A stretch of DNA of 54,846 nt from positions 1 to 54,846 of the IMG/VR virus record IMGVR_UViG_3300044667_000164; one strand, written 5' to 3'. This DNA is from a virus. Lineage: Duplodnaviria; Caudoviricetes. Shown piece after piece: positions 7,426-16,775 of the stretch (the first letter of the stretch is position 1; the number at the start of each line of letters is the position of its first letter). The notes beneath the pieces were generated by a model, which worked only from the letters and a program-made list of their open reading frames with translations, had not been told where the DNA came from and made no database searches. Position numbers and translations under genes: made by a program.

Positions 7426-8925
7426 TTGATCCTCGACCACCTTGACTGGCGACCGTGGCCGAAAGAGCCGGACACCTGGCTCTACGCGGACATTGCGGAT
7501 GTCGCGCGGCTGGCAAAACATCTGCCGACGGATCGCTTCTGGGTCCGCGAGCTTGACGGTGAGGGATGGGGCGGCTGGCATTTCACCGGCCGACGGGAGG
7601 ACGAATTGCTGGATGTGCTGCAGAAGATATTGAACGGCCGATCGATGCCGGCGTGGCTCAGGTTGCGGGAGGCCGTCGCCACCCAGCCGGAGCCTGAAGT
7701 GATCAAGGAATGCCACCGCAAGGATATCGATAAGGCCTTTCCCAACGATGCCTGGCAGCGCAACTACGCGCTGAACTGGTGGGAAGCGACCCACAAGCTC
7801 GACAAGCTCGAATCCTATCCGTGGCGCGTCACCTTGCCGATCGCCGACCTCTGCAACGCGCGCTGCACGTTCTGCACCTCGTGGCTGTCGGGTCGCAATG
7901 TCATGTCGCCCGATCAACTTGACCGCTATCTCGAGGTGCTGCCGTTCGCTCGAGAGATCGGCATCCAGGGCCACGGCGAGCCCCTCGCGAACCCGCACAT
8001 CGACACGATCCTAGCGAAGATCGGTGAAGCCACCGATCCGCGCGCTGAAAGCTACATCATCACCAACGGCGCGTTCTTTCCGAGGCGCATCGACGCACTC
8101 CTCAAGGCACGCGTGAAGACGTTCAACTTCAGCCTCAACGCCACGACACCCGACGTCCACAACACCGTGATGGGCCTCGGCCCCGATGCGCTCTCGAAAA
8201 TCATCGACGGCATCAAGGACATCATCGCGATCAGAGACTCGGGTCGAGAAAACCGACCGATCCTCGTCACGATCTCGATGGTGCTGAACGCCGACAATAT
8301 CCATCAGGCGGCTGACTTCGTCCGCCTCGGCAATGATCTCGGCGTCACGCGCGTCTATCTCCGCACGCTGATGCCCGTGCCGGGTCCGGTCAGCGGCTTG
8401 AACTATCACCGGCTCTCCCCTTGCCTGCATCCGGAATTCGAGCGCCACGCGGCGGAGGCTCGCGCGGCCATTGCAGCATCAAAAGTCGAGGTCGAGGCCT
8501 TCCCCGAGACGTGGGCGCACGATGCCTTTCCTCCCTCGCAACGCACCTCTGATCTGAGAGTGACGCCGCGCGAGACCGCGCTCGCCGATCCGGACCTGCG
8601 GCAGACCTACAAGGATTTCCGTGCCGCGCTGTCCGGTCATGGCCGCCGGCTGCGGCCATCGGCGCCCGATGGAGAAAGCCCGTATGGACGCAAGGCGCCA
8701 TTTGACTGCAACTTCATCTACCAGCAGCTGATCTCGACCCAGCTGTCGTTCCGCCTCGTGCCATGCTGTTACATGAGCGATGTGCCCGATCATGAACCGC
8801 TGGTCTTTGACGGCACTCGCCCGTTCAGGGACTACTGGAATTCGGAAGCCATGATGAACCTGCGCAGGACTTTGCGTGAGGGGCCGCTCTACAACGAATG
8901 CCGCACCTGCCCGATGCAGGGCTAG
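7426..8925 (+). CDS. Radical SAM protein with C-terminal SPASM/twitch-like domain
   Basis: CNARCTFC (CxxxCxxC), GHGEPL, ITNG; C-terminal C...PCC...WNS...R...CRTC. Confidence 0.9.
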   Translation: MILDHLDWRPWPKEPDTWLYADIADVARLAKHLPTDRFWVRELDGEGWGGWHFTGRREDELLDVLQKILNGRSMPAWLRLREAVATQPEPEVIKECHRKDIDKAFPNDAWQRNYALNWWEATHKLDKLESYPWRVTLPIADLCNARCTFCTSWLSGRNVMSPDQLDRYLEVLPFAREIGIQGHGEPLANPHIDTILAKIGEATDPRAESYIITNGAFFPRRIDALLKARVKTFNFSLNATTPDVHNTVMGLGPDALSKIIDGIKDIIAIRDSGRENRPILVTISMVLNADNIHQAADFVRLGNDLGVTRVYLRTLMPVPGPVSGLNYHRLSPCLHPEFERHAAEARAAIAASKVEVEAFPETWAHDAFPPSQRTSDLRVTPRETALADPDLRQTYKDFRAALSGHGRRLRPSAPDGESPYGRKAPFDCNFIYQQLISTQLSFRLVPCCYMSDVPDHEPLVFDGTRPFRDYWNSEAMMNLRRTLREGPLYNECRTCPMQG

Positions 8926-9353
8926 CTGACCGGCACCATCCAGCCGTGCAGCGCCGCAATCATGTTTTGGTCTTCGTTCGACTGATTGATGAAAGTGCCG
9001 TCGATTACAAAGCCGGCGGGCAGGATGATCGGCGTCACGAAATGCCGCACCGGGCAGTGCTCCGGCAGCGTGTCGATCGAGTTGAATACCGCATAGGACG
9101 AGCGCAGCGCGTTGCCGGCATCGCGGATACACTTCGACTGAAACACCATGTCGGTGACATAGCACCAGAAGCCCTGCGGGACCGTGACCGGGAAATTCCA
9201 CGACGAGGCCGAAGGCGACAGCGCTGACGCGCCGCCGCCCTGGCTGAACGGCACTTCGCCCGGATTGCCGGCGTTGTTGGCGCGACCAACGACGGACTGC
9301 CAGCACGCGATCCGGAAATGGTAGGCGCCTGCAGGCGGCGGTTGCGTGAACAT
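8922..9353 (-). CDS. Hypothetical protein downstream of the tail fibre
   Basis: 143-aa ORF 12 bp after the fibre gene, converging on the rSAM gene. Confidence 0.7.
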   Translation of the reverse strand: MFTQPPPAGAYHFRIACWQSVVGRANNAGNPGEVPFSQGGGASALSPSASSWNFPVTVPQGFWCYVTDMVFQSKCIRDAGNALRSSYAVFNSIDTLPEHCPVRHFVTPIILPAGFVIDGTFINQSNEDQNMIAALHGWMVPVS

Positions 9354-9365
9354 CGCGCTTGCCTC

Positions 9366-10961
9366 TCAGCTATAGAGTTGCAGCACGAGCAGGCCCGAGC
9401 CACCGTTTCCGCCCGGCTGCGCGGCGCCGCCGGCCGAGGTGCCCGCCGGGCCGCCTCCACCTGGCGTGATGCCGGTGTTGTTGTTGCCGGCATTGGTGAT
9501 GGCGCGGGGCTGCGGCGGCCCCCCTTGCGGCGATCCGCCGCCCTGGCCGCCGGAAGCGCCGTCCTGGCCGATCGCGCCGACCATCGCGAGGCCGCCGACC
9601 ACGGTGCCACCGAACGATGCGGTGCCGCCCGACACCTGCACGGCATTCTGGCTGTTGTTGGTGCCGCCACCTCCCTGTCCGCCACCGGCCACGATGTCGG
9701 TGCCGTTGAATGTGGTGTTGCCGCCGTTGCCGCCGGACACGCCCGGCGCCGATCCCGCGATGCCGGCGGCACCGACGACGACGGTATAATTGTTGCCGGG
9801 GGTGACCGGCACGAAGCCGTGCGCGTAGCCGGCACCGCCACCACCGGCTGCTGTTGAGCTTGTCGCCGAGGCGCCGCCGCCGCCACCACCACCGCCCCAG
9901 GCCCGCACGAACACCCAGTTGACGCCGGCAGGCGCGGTAAACGTATAGGTGCCCGGCGTCGCATACGTCACGAGACCGGTCGGCGGCGCGTTCAAGAGCA
10001 CCTTGACTTCCGACAGCAGCATCCGCAGCACGCGAAACGAGGTGCCGTCATAGGCCATGCGATAGAGCGCGCCGGCCTGCAGGTCGCCTGCGATCACGGC
10101 GGCGCCATCGGAGTTGCGCACGATCGCTTTGGCGCCGAGACCGTTGACGTTCAGCGTCGAGGCGCCGGTGTTGGTGTGCGCGATCTTGACCTCGAGTTCG
10201 AGACCAGCCGCATAGGCCGCGACCACCGGAAGTGGCGTGATGACGTAGGTGTTGGCCGCCGAACCTGAGTCCAGCCAGTAGACCCAACTGCCGGCCTGCA
10301 CGCCGGTCGGAATGTTCGGCAAAGGTGCCGGAATGAACGGCGCGCTCGCATACTGCGTGATGTTGCCCGCCGTGATCGTCGCGGCCCCGTTCGCCACCGT
10401 GACCACGAACAGTCCGGTCCAGCCGACATCCGGCGTCGGCGTCGTCTGCGTGCCTGTGGTCGCGGCGACGCCCGCCTTGACCTGCAGCGCGGCGATGCCC
10501 TTGCGCACCGTGTTCTGCGCGGTGCCGGCATTGGCGGGGCCGGCGAACGGCTGTTGCGGGTTCGCCGCGTTGAAATACGGCAGCACGGTCGAGCCTGTGT
10601 CAAGGTCCTGGTACTGCACCTCGACCAGGAAGTTCTGCGAGAAGCCGACAGTGCCCGGCGGGGTGATGCCGAACGTCGTTGGATCCAGCACGATGCCCTG
10701 CTTCAGGATCGTGTGGGTGTCGGTCGACAGCGTCGACCAGGACGACTGCTCGAGGTTTTCGAGCTGGTACACCTCGCCCGCCGTGACCAGCACGTTCAGC
10801 GACGCCGGAGTCGTCGGCGTGCAGGTGAAGCCGTTGACGATCGTGGTCTGACCGAGCACGGCGGCGGCGAGCTTGGCGAGCGCCACCATCGCGTTCTGGC
10901 TCTGCCTGAGCTGATCGGTCTCAAGCACAATCTGACCGGCGTAGACCGTTTGACGATCCAT
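9366..10961 (-). CDS. Tail fibre protein with Gly-rich C-terminal domain
   Basis: MDRQTVYAGQ baseplate-attachment-type N-terminus; NTGASTLNVNGLGAK; TPGTYTFTAPAGV..WGGGGGGG. Confidence 0.85.
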   Translation of the reverse strand: MDRQTVYAGQIVLETDQLRQSQNAMVALAKLAAAVLGQTTIVNGFTCTPTTPASLNVLVTAGEVYQLENLEQSSWSTLSTDTHTILKQGIVLDPTTFGITPPGTVGFSQNFLVEVQYQDLDTGSTVLPYFNAANPQQPFAGPANAGTAQNTVRKGIAALQVKAGVAATTGTQTTPTPDVGWTGLFVVTVANGAATITAGNITQYASAPFIPAPLPNIPTGVQAGSWVYWLDSGSAANTYVITPLPVVAAYAAGLELEVKIAHTNTGASTLNVNGLGAKAIVRNSDGAAVIAGDLQAGALYRMAYDGTSFRVLRMLLSEVKVLLNAPPTGLVTYATPGTYTFTAPAGVNWVFVRAWGGGGGGGGASATSSTAAGGGGAGYAHGFVPVTPGNNYTVVVGAAGIAGSAPGVSGGNGGNTTFNGTDIVAGGGQGGGGTNNSQNAVQVSGGTASFGGTVVGGLAMVGAIGQDGASGGQGGGSPQGGPPQPRAITNAGNNNTGITPGGGGPAGTSAGGAAQPGGNGGSGLLVLQLYS

Positions 10962-11014
10962 TCTAAACGTCCTGACTTTGCGGAGAGGTGAAGGCGCGCG
11001 CGGTCGAAGCGGCG

Positions 11015-11635
11015 CTAACTCGCGTCTTCTTCGATCTCGATCTCGACATCGATCACGCCGCCGGCCGGAATCGCCGCGCCGTTGAAGTTGATGCAGAGGA
11101 AATCCGACGTGCCGCGCAGGATCACCGCCTTGTCCTGACGGGTGGCAAAATCCCAGACCAGGCTTTGCCCCGTCGCGCCGGTGCCCGATGCCGGCATGCC
11201 AAGACGGCCGGCGCCGACGATGCCGGCCGCAGTACCGAGCGTTGTGTAGTTGGCCGTGCCAACCCTGGAGACGACGCCGGTCGCGGCGGCGTCACTCGTG
11301 TCGTGCTGCGCCGGGGTGATCGCCGTCAGCACCGCCGAGCCCAACGTGCCGGCGGTGGACCGCCGCACCAACTGCACCGGCATGTTGCCTTGGGCGGTAG
11401 CAACGCCGGAGAGCTTGATCAGCTTGATCCGGAGCGTGCGCGTCGCCGAACCCTGGATCACAATGACGTCGGTCGGCGTCGCCACCATCGCGGCGGCGAG
11501 CAGACCATAACGGAACGTCGCCTTGCGGTGCTCGGAGGTGCGCACCAGGATCAGACTGCCGTCGGCATCGGCCATCGCCGCGAGCGGCTGGTCGGTCAGC
11601 GTGTCATCGAGCGCGTGGAAATTCGGATTGGTCAT
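11015..11635 (-). CDS. Putative virion structural/fibre-associated protein
   Basis: Beta-rich, lies between baseplate and fibre genes; resembles 27526..28029. Confidence 0.7.
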   Translation of the reverse strand: MTNPNFHALDDTLTDQPLAAMADADGSLILVRTSEHRKATFRYGLLAAAMVATPTDVIVIQGSATRTLRIKLIKLSGVATAQGNMPVQLVRRSTAGTLGSAVLTAITPAQHDTSDAAATGVVSRVGTANYTTLGTAAGIVGAGRLGMPASGTGATGQSLVWDFATRQDKAVILRGTSDFLCINFNGAAIPAGGVIDVEIEIEEDAS

Positions 11636-11644
11636 GCGGCGCCT

Positions 11645-12388
11645 TCAAAGGATCGCGGCGTATTGCGAGTTCGGTTTTGTTGTCAGGAGCGCCGCGCGCT
11701 GTTGCGGCTTCAGCGGCAAAGCGCTTTCCAGCGCGACCCAGGTCTTGATCCCGGCCGCCGCGGTCTGTGCGATCCGGGCATAGATTTCGGCGTCGGTGAT
11801 CGGGCCGGTGATCGCGGTCAGGCTGGCATATTCCGCCGAGCCTATGCCGTAGCCGCCGAGATAGCCGCCATAGCCGTCGACATTCGGGATGCCTTGGGAC
11901 GGCGCCCGCAGCGCGGTGACGAAGAGATTGTTGTTGAACTGCAGCGAGCCGTAGCAGAGCGGGCCCGTACCGTAGCCGCCCATACTCGCGATGCCGTAGC
12001 CGCCGCAATCGCCGGGATTGAACAATTCGATGATCACCGGCGTGCGGCTCGTCAGATCCACCAGCATCTGACTGATCGCGGCGCGGGTCTGCCGCGGCCT
12101 CAAAATTTCCTTTTGGATGCGCGATCGCCACGCGGTGTCGGTCTCGCCCTTGCGCCGCGTGAAGCGTGCACCGAAGAAGTCCCACGCGATCAGATCAAGA
12201 AAGATGCCGGTCGCGGTCGCAATCCGCGCCTGCAGCCGCGCGAACGCGATCAGCGCAAAGCCCCAGGCGGCGCTATCGGACAGTCCGCCGAGCAGCGCGT
12301 CGCGGAGCGGCGCGACCCAGGCAAACCAGCGCCGCGGAATCAGCGCACGGACGCGGGCCGCGATATCGTTGCTGTCGCCGGTCGCCAT
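11645..12388 (-). CDS. Baseplate wedge protein (P2 gpI/Mu gp48-like)
   Basis: ARIATATG.FLDLIAWDFFG..RRKGETD..R.RI; follows baseplate J. Confidence 0.8.
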   Translation of the reverse strand: MATGDSNDIAARVRALIPRRWFAWVAPLRDALLGGLSDSAAWGFALIAFARLQARIATATGIFLDLIAWDFFGARFTRRKGETDTAWRSRIQKEILRPRQTRAAISQMLVDLTSRTPVIIELFNPGDCGGYGIASMGGYGTGPLCYGSLQFNNNLFVTALRAPSQGIPNVDGYGGYLGGYGIGSAEYASLTAITGPITDAEIYARIAQTAAAGIKTWVALESALPLKPQQRAALLTTKPNSQYAAIL

Positions 12389-12392
12389 CGCC

Positions 12393-13619
12393 TCAGCTCA
12401 CGATGATGGTGCCGCTTTTGATGGTCTGGCCCGCCGCCGGCACGAGGTCGGCGGTGCCGGAATTCAGTGAGTAGCCGGTGACATCGGTGACGCCGGGCGA
12501 GGCGTTGAACGCGACCTGGGCGAGCCGCATGTAGGACAGCGTGCCGGAAACCAGCGCGCCGTTCTGCACTTGGCCGAGCCCAAGACCGTTGATGTAGGCG
12601 GTGAGCGCCGCGACCACCTGCGCCACCACGGTCGGATGGTCAAAGCCGCTTGCGGTCGTGATCGTCATGGTGACGTTGGCGGCCAGCGTCGTGGCGGCCA
12701 GCACCGCGACCGGCACGCCCGCGGCCTTGACGCTGAACACCGCCTGCGCCGCCGCAGTCAGCACGGCGTTCGGGATCGCGCCGGAGCCGTCGTCGACATA
12801 GACTGTGAGCTGGGTGAACCCGCCGATGCCGGGCTCCCAGATCTGGTACTGCATGCCGAGCTTAATCGAGACGACGGCGTAGCCGATCGCGCCTTCGGTG
12901 CCCTTGGCAAGCGAGGCGATATAGAGCGGAAAGCGCGCCTTCAGCGCCGGGTCACTTTCGGAATCGGCACCGTTGGTGAACGCCGCCGAATTCACCACGG
13001 TATCGATGCCGGTGATCGGCGCGGTCAGCACTGCGATCGCGCCGACCGCGACATTACCCGACGTACCCGGCACGAGGTTTTGCACCGGCAGATTGATGCT
13101 CGCGACATTGGCCGCGAGCGTGTAGCCGCCGAGGCTTGCGGAATAGGCCGGGTTCGTGGTGTCGACGGTGACCGCGAAGTTCTGCGCGCCGTCGGTGGTC
13201 TGCACCGTCGCGGCATTGTTCGGGCCGGCGTTGGTGATCGCGCCGTTGGAGCCGATCGCGCTTGCGGCCGGAATGAAGCAGGTCGAGGGGCCCGCCGTCT
13301 GGCGGCTGAACGTCACCTGCCCGGTCGAAGCCTGAGCGCCGAGCCGCGGCGACGACACCCCATTCGAGGTCCCGACCGCCGGCATGAAGTCGGCGGTGAA
13401 CGTGTCGGCGTCGACGCCGGTCGAGGTCGCAAGCCTTGTCGCGGTCAGGAGCTGCAACACCAGCGCCTGAAACCACAGGAACACGCCGGCATAGCCTTCC
13501 GCGATCGCCCGCAAGGTCGAGCCGATCGCGAAGTTGACGAGCTTCGAGGCGCGGCCCTGGATGCCGGCGGCGATATCGGAAACGATGGTCGCGAACGATT
13601 TGGTGGGAAGCGTCGGCAT
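12393..13619 (-). CDS. Baseplate J/gp47-family protein
   Basis: GSTLRAIAE, ATGQVTFSR-like, GADSESDPALKARF. Confidence 0.9.
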   Translation of the reverse strand: MPTLPTKSFATIVSDIAAGIQGRASKLVNFAIGSTLRAIAEGYAGVFLWFQALVLQLLTATRLATSTGVDADTFTADFMPAVGTSNGVSSPRLGAQASTGQVTFSRQTAGPSTCFIPAASAIGSNGAITNAGPNNAATVQTTDGAQNFAVTVDTTNPAYSASLGGYTLAANVASINLPVQNLVPGTSGNVAVGAIAVLTAPITGIDTVVNSAAFTNGADSESDPALKARFPLYIASLAKGTEGAIGYAVVSIKLGMQYQIWEPGIGGFTQLTVYVDDGSGAIPNAVLTAAAQAVFSVKAAGVPVAVLAATTLAANVTMTITTASGFDHPTVVAQVVAALTAYINGLGLGQVQNGALVSGTLSYMRLAQVAFNASPGVTDVTGYSLNSGTADLVPAAGQTIKSGTIIVS

Positions 13620-13634
13620 GCTGTTCGATCGGCC

Positions 13635-14003
13635 TCACACCGTGAGCGAGAACGACACCGAGACGCCGCTCACCGCATCGAAATAGGAAATCGCGATGTG
13701 GACCAGACCGGGATTGTTCGGGCTCGCGGTGACGGATAGCTGCGGCGGCGGGTTGGGCGCGACCGAGGCCTCCAGCGCGAGTTGCGACGCCACGATCGCC
13801 TGAATCTCGGGCACGGAGAGCACGCTGCCGACCTTCTGGGGCAGGCCGGCGCCATACTCGGGATGCCAGATGTAGCCCTGCACCGCCGTGAAGAGGCGAC
13901 GCTCGAGACGCTGGCGCACTTCGTTGTCGCCGTCGACCACCAAGAGATCGCCGGTGGCATCGACCGCGAAATCGTCCTGCCATTCGAGCGAGAGGTCGGC
14001 CAT
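13635..14003 (-). CDS. Baseplate wedge protein (gpW/GP46-like)
   Basis: GDLLVVDG..EVRQRL.RRLFT...YIWHPEYGAGL. Confidence 0.8.
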   Translation of the reverse strand: MADLSLEWQDDFAVDATGDLLVVDGDNEVRQRLERRLFTAVQGYIWHPEYGAGLPQKVGSVLSVPEIQAIVASQLALEASVAPNPPPQLSVTASPNNPGLVHIAISYFDAVSGVSVSFSLTV

Positions 14004-14010
14004 GTCGCCC

Positions 14011-14715
14011 TCACGGCGTCTGGAACGGCGGAGTGGAGGCTGCCGAACCCGGTGGTGTCACGGCCGTGCTAGACACGTCGCCGGTGCCGTCCTGCCACAC
14101 TGCTTCCACCGTGGCCTCGATGCCGAGCTTGTTGCCGGCTTTCACCACGACGTTGCCGCTTCCCTTCAGGCCGATGTCGGTGCCGTTGACGATGAACTTC
14201 TTGCACGCGGTCAGGATATTGCCCTGCCCGTCGAGCGTGAACGTCGCACCGTTGCCGTCGGTGATCGCGATCGAGCCATCGTTTTTGAAATAGATCTTCT
14301 GACCGGTGCCGCCCTGGCCACCCTGCGCGGAATCGTCGTCGCCGCCCGAGTTGCGAAACCGCGTCCAGATCACGAGCTCGCCGGATTGCACCGTCGGCGG
14401 CGTATCCTCGTCGGAGTGCACGCGCTGGACGATCTTGCCGGCCTCGAAATCTCCTTCCTGGAAACGGACGATCACCTGGTCGCCGGTCTTGGTGCCGTCG
14501 CCCGGCTGCAGGCCGACCGCGATGCCATAGCCGTCGCCGATGTGGCCGGTCTCGATCGGCAGCCAGCCGGACTCCTGCCCCTCCGGCTGGAAGGTGACCT
14601 TGGCGAGATATTTCTGCGGATCGTAGCTCGTGACGATGCCGTGGCGCTCGGAGTAGCGCGACGCCCACCAGCGTTCGATCACGCCGAGAATGAGGTCCTC
14701 GAGGCTACCCGCCAT
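14011..14715 (-). CDS. Baseplate spike protein (gpV/gp45-like)
   Basis: GIVTSYDP...V...PEG.ESGWLP; GDQVIV.F.EGD. Confidence 0.85.
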   Translation of the reverse strand: MAGSLEDLILGVIERWWASRYSERHGIVTSYDPQKYLAKVTFQPEGQESGWLPIETGHIGDGYGIAVGLQPGDGTKTGDQVIVRFQEGDFEAGKIVQRVHSDEDTPPTVQSGELVIWTRFRNSGGDDDSAQGGQGGTGQKIYFKNDGSIAITDGNGATFTLDGQGNILTACKKFIVNGTDIGLKGSGNVVVKAGNKLGIEATVEAVWQDGTGDVSSTAVTPPGSAASTPPFQTP

Positions 14716-15740
14716 CAGGACGCCTGCCGGCCACTTTTTGCCGCGCGCGCGGTGATGTGGGTGCGATGGCCAGTCATGCCGATGTCGTGCTGCACGTCAT
14801 CGATCTCGTAGGTCTGGTCGAAGAAGCCGGTACCCGAAAGCTTCAATCCCATGCCGGCCGCAACCGTCGGGTCGCCGACCACGGTCGCGCTCACCGTAAG
14901 CTCGTGCCGCGCTTTCTCGGTCGATTGCGAACGCGCGTACTTCTTCGCGTGATCCTCGAGCAGGCTCGGAATGTGATAGCTGTAGTTGACCGGCCCACCA
15001 TTGCCTTCGACGTTCGAGGTGTAGCCGAACACCTGCTTCTTTTTCGGATGCCAGGACTTCACCGTGGTCGCGATGGTCTTGCCGGCCTGGACGTTGCGGT
15101 GGACCTTGAGCTCCAGGCAGTCGGCCGCGATCGGCTGCTTGGTCTGATCGATCGTGATCGTATAGAGGCCCTGCGGGCTACCGAGCGGCACGTAGTGGAA
15201 TTCGCCTTTGGGATCGACCCACCAACGCGCGCCGTCGAGCTGCGCGAGCTTGTGGATCAGGTAGGCGAACGACACGTTGTCGGAGAGGTGGACGAAGTCC
15301 TGCTCGAGCTTCTTGCCGGCGAGCACGGCGCTCGCCGCGACCTCACCCGACAACCCGACGCGGCCGATCAGGTCCTGCACGATCTCGGAAGGCTTCTTGT
15401 TCAGCCATTTCTCCGACGACTTGTTGTCGTGCAGCTTCGCCGACTTGTCGCGGCCGGTGACGCGGATGACGCGGCCGATCCAATCGAAACTGGTCTCGTC
15501 GACCTCGCCGGTGATCAGCGGCGCGGTCACGCCGCCCGTCAAAACCGTGACCACCGCCTCGTTGTCGCCGAGCGTTGCAAGCACTTCCGCCGCGTTCGCA
15601 TAAGACAGCGGGATCGCCGCCGAGAACGACGACGACCGGCGCTTGGCGTTCTGTTGCACGTGGCCGTGCTCGATCGGAAACGTCTCGCCGCTGACGCTCA
15701 GCCACGCGACGTGCGGCCCGGCGCCTGTGGTGATCGCCAT
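14715..15740 (-). CDS. Baseplate hub protein (gpD/gp44-like)
   Basis: ITGEVDE...IRVTGRDKSAKL; VVGDPTVAAG; position. Confidence 0.8.
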   Translation of the reverse strand: MAITTGAGPHVAWLSVSGETFPIEHGHVQQNAKRRSSSFSAAIPLSYANAAEVLATLGDNEAVVTVLTGGVTAPLITGEVDETSFDWIGRVIRVTGRDKSAKLHDNKSSEKWLNKKPSEIVQDLIGRVGLSGEVAASAVLAGKKLEQDFVHLSDNVSFAYLIHKLAQLDGARWWVDPKGEFHYVPLGSPQGLYTITIDQTKQPIAADCLELKVHRNVQAGKTIATTVKSWHPKKKQVFGYTSNVEGNGGPVNYSYHIPSLLEDHAKKYARSQSTEKARHELTVSATVVGDPTVAAGMGLKLSGTGFFDQTYEIDDVQHDIGMTGHRTHITARAAKSGRQAS

Positions 15741-15744
15741 GCGC

Positions 15745-15966
15745 TCATAATCCGAGAATGCCGCTCTGCGGGCCCGACGGCGGCACCGGCGGAATCAGGA
15801 TGGTCTGCAGGCCCGTGATCCACGGATCGATCAAGCCGTTCAATCGCGCGAGCGCGACCCACTGCAGGGGATCGCCGGTCTCGCGCATCGCGATCTCGAA
15901 CAGCGTCGTCGCCGAAGCGCGGACGGTCTTCGCCGGCACCGTCGCTGCGACAAAACCCGATGTCAT
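15745..15966 (-). CDS. LysM/gpX-like tail protein
   Basis: TLFEIA..ETGDPLQW..LA.LNGL.DPWI. Confidence 0.8.
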   Translation of the reverse strand: MTSGFVAATVPAKTVRASATTLFEIAMRETGDPLQWVALARLNGLIDPWITGLQTILIPPVPPSGPQSGILGL

Positions 15967-16277
15967 GACGGCACCTGGTTGATGTTGGAGGTGGCGCGGC
16001 CGACCACGCCGCGCATCAGCGCGAGATTGCGCGCATCATCGGCTGCGGTGGACACCGACAGCAGCCCCGTCGCGATGCTCGGCGCGTCGGCCGGCGCCAC
16101 CCAGCTATCCAGCAGCGACGGCGCGACAAGCGCGGCCTGGATGGCATTGACGAGGTTTGCTGCATTTAGCTTGATCGCGGTCAGCGTCGCGTGATCGGTT
16201 TGACTCAAAGGTTCAGCGGCCTGGACCTGCAATTGCAGGCTCTGCAGGCTTGCGGTGATCGCCGGATCGATCGCCAT
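15963..16277 (-). CDS. Hypothetical tail protein
   Basis: Overlapping ORF within the tail operon. Confidence 0.7.
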   Translation of the reverse strand: MAIDPAITASLQSLQLQVQAAEPLSQTDHATLTAIKLNAANLVNAIQAALVAPSLLDSWVAPADAPSIATGLLSVSTAADDARNLALMRGVVGRATSNINQVPS

Positions 16278-16283
16278 CGTTCC

Positions 16284-16769
16284 TCACACCGGCGCGATGC
16301 CGGCGGCGAGCTGCTCGGCCGGCGTGAGGCCACCCGCACCTGCTGCGGCGGAAAGATCGCTGCCGACCAGTGAGTCCAGCGAGGAGGTCTGTGGCGTCAG
16401 CGGCCCCTGCGCCGGGTTCTGATAGACCGTGCAGCAGATTTCGTAATCGACCCAGGTCGGCAACCGCTTCACGCGGTAGATGAAATTCGCCACGATCACG
16501 AGGCGGAATTGACCGCCCCAGGTCAGCGCCTGGACCTGCCCTGCGGCGCGCATCGCATCGAGCGCCAGCGCGTTGGCGTAGGCTTGATCGGAGAATAAGG
16601 TGCCGCGCCAACTGATATCGGCGTCGTCCGGTCCGAGCGTGTCGATCACCCGCGAGCCGCCGGGCAATTTGTGCACCACCATCGCCTGATTGCCGCCGCC
16701 CATCATCTCTGCGGGCGTCGAAAAATCATCGAAGGCGATGCCGCCGAGCGTCAGCACATCGAACGGCAT
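16284..16769 (-). CDS. Tail tube initiator (gpU-like)
   Basis: GGNQAMVVHKLPGGSRVIDTLGPDD.DISWRG; follows tape measure. Confidence 0.8.
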   Translation of the reverse strand: MPFDVLTLGGIAFDDFSTPAEMMGGGNQAMVVHKLPGGSRVIDTLGPDDADISWRGTLFSDQAYANALALDAMRAAGQVQALTWGGQFRLVIVANFIYRVKRLPTWVDYEICCTVYQNPAQGPLTPQTSSLDSLVGSDLSAAAGAGGLTPAEQLAAGIAPV

Positions 16770-16775
16770 GGCGTC

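Noticed and set aside
7426-8925. Radical SAM gene as a prokaryotic viperin or QueE/MoaA
   Set aside because: Much longer, with a SPASM-like Cys cluster and no pathway neighbours; not formally excluded without a search
9366-10961. Diversity-generating retroelement or invertible tail-fibre cassette
   Set aside because: No reverse transcriptase, invertase or template/variable repeat pair seen; similarity to 24944..27484 is only at the Gly-rich protein level
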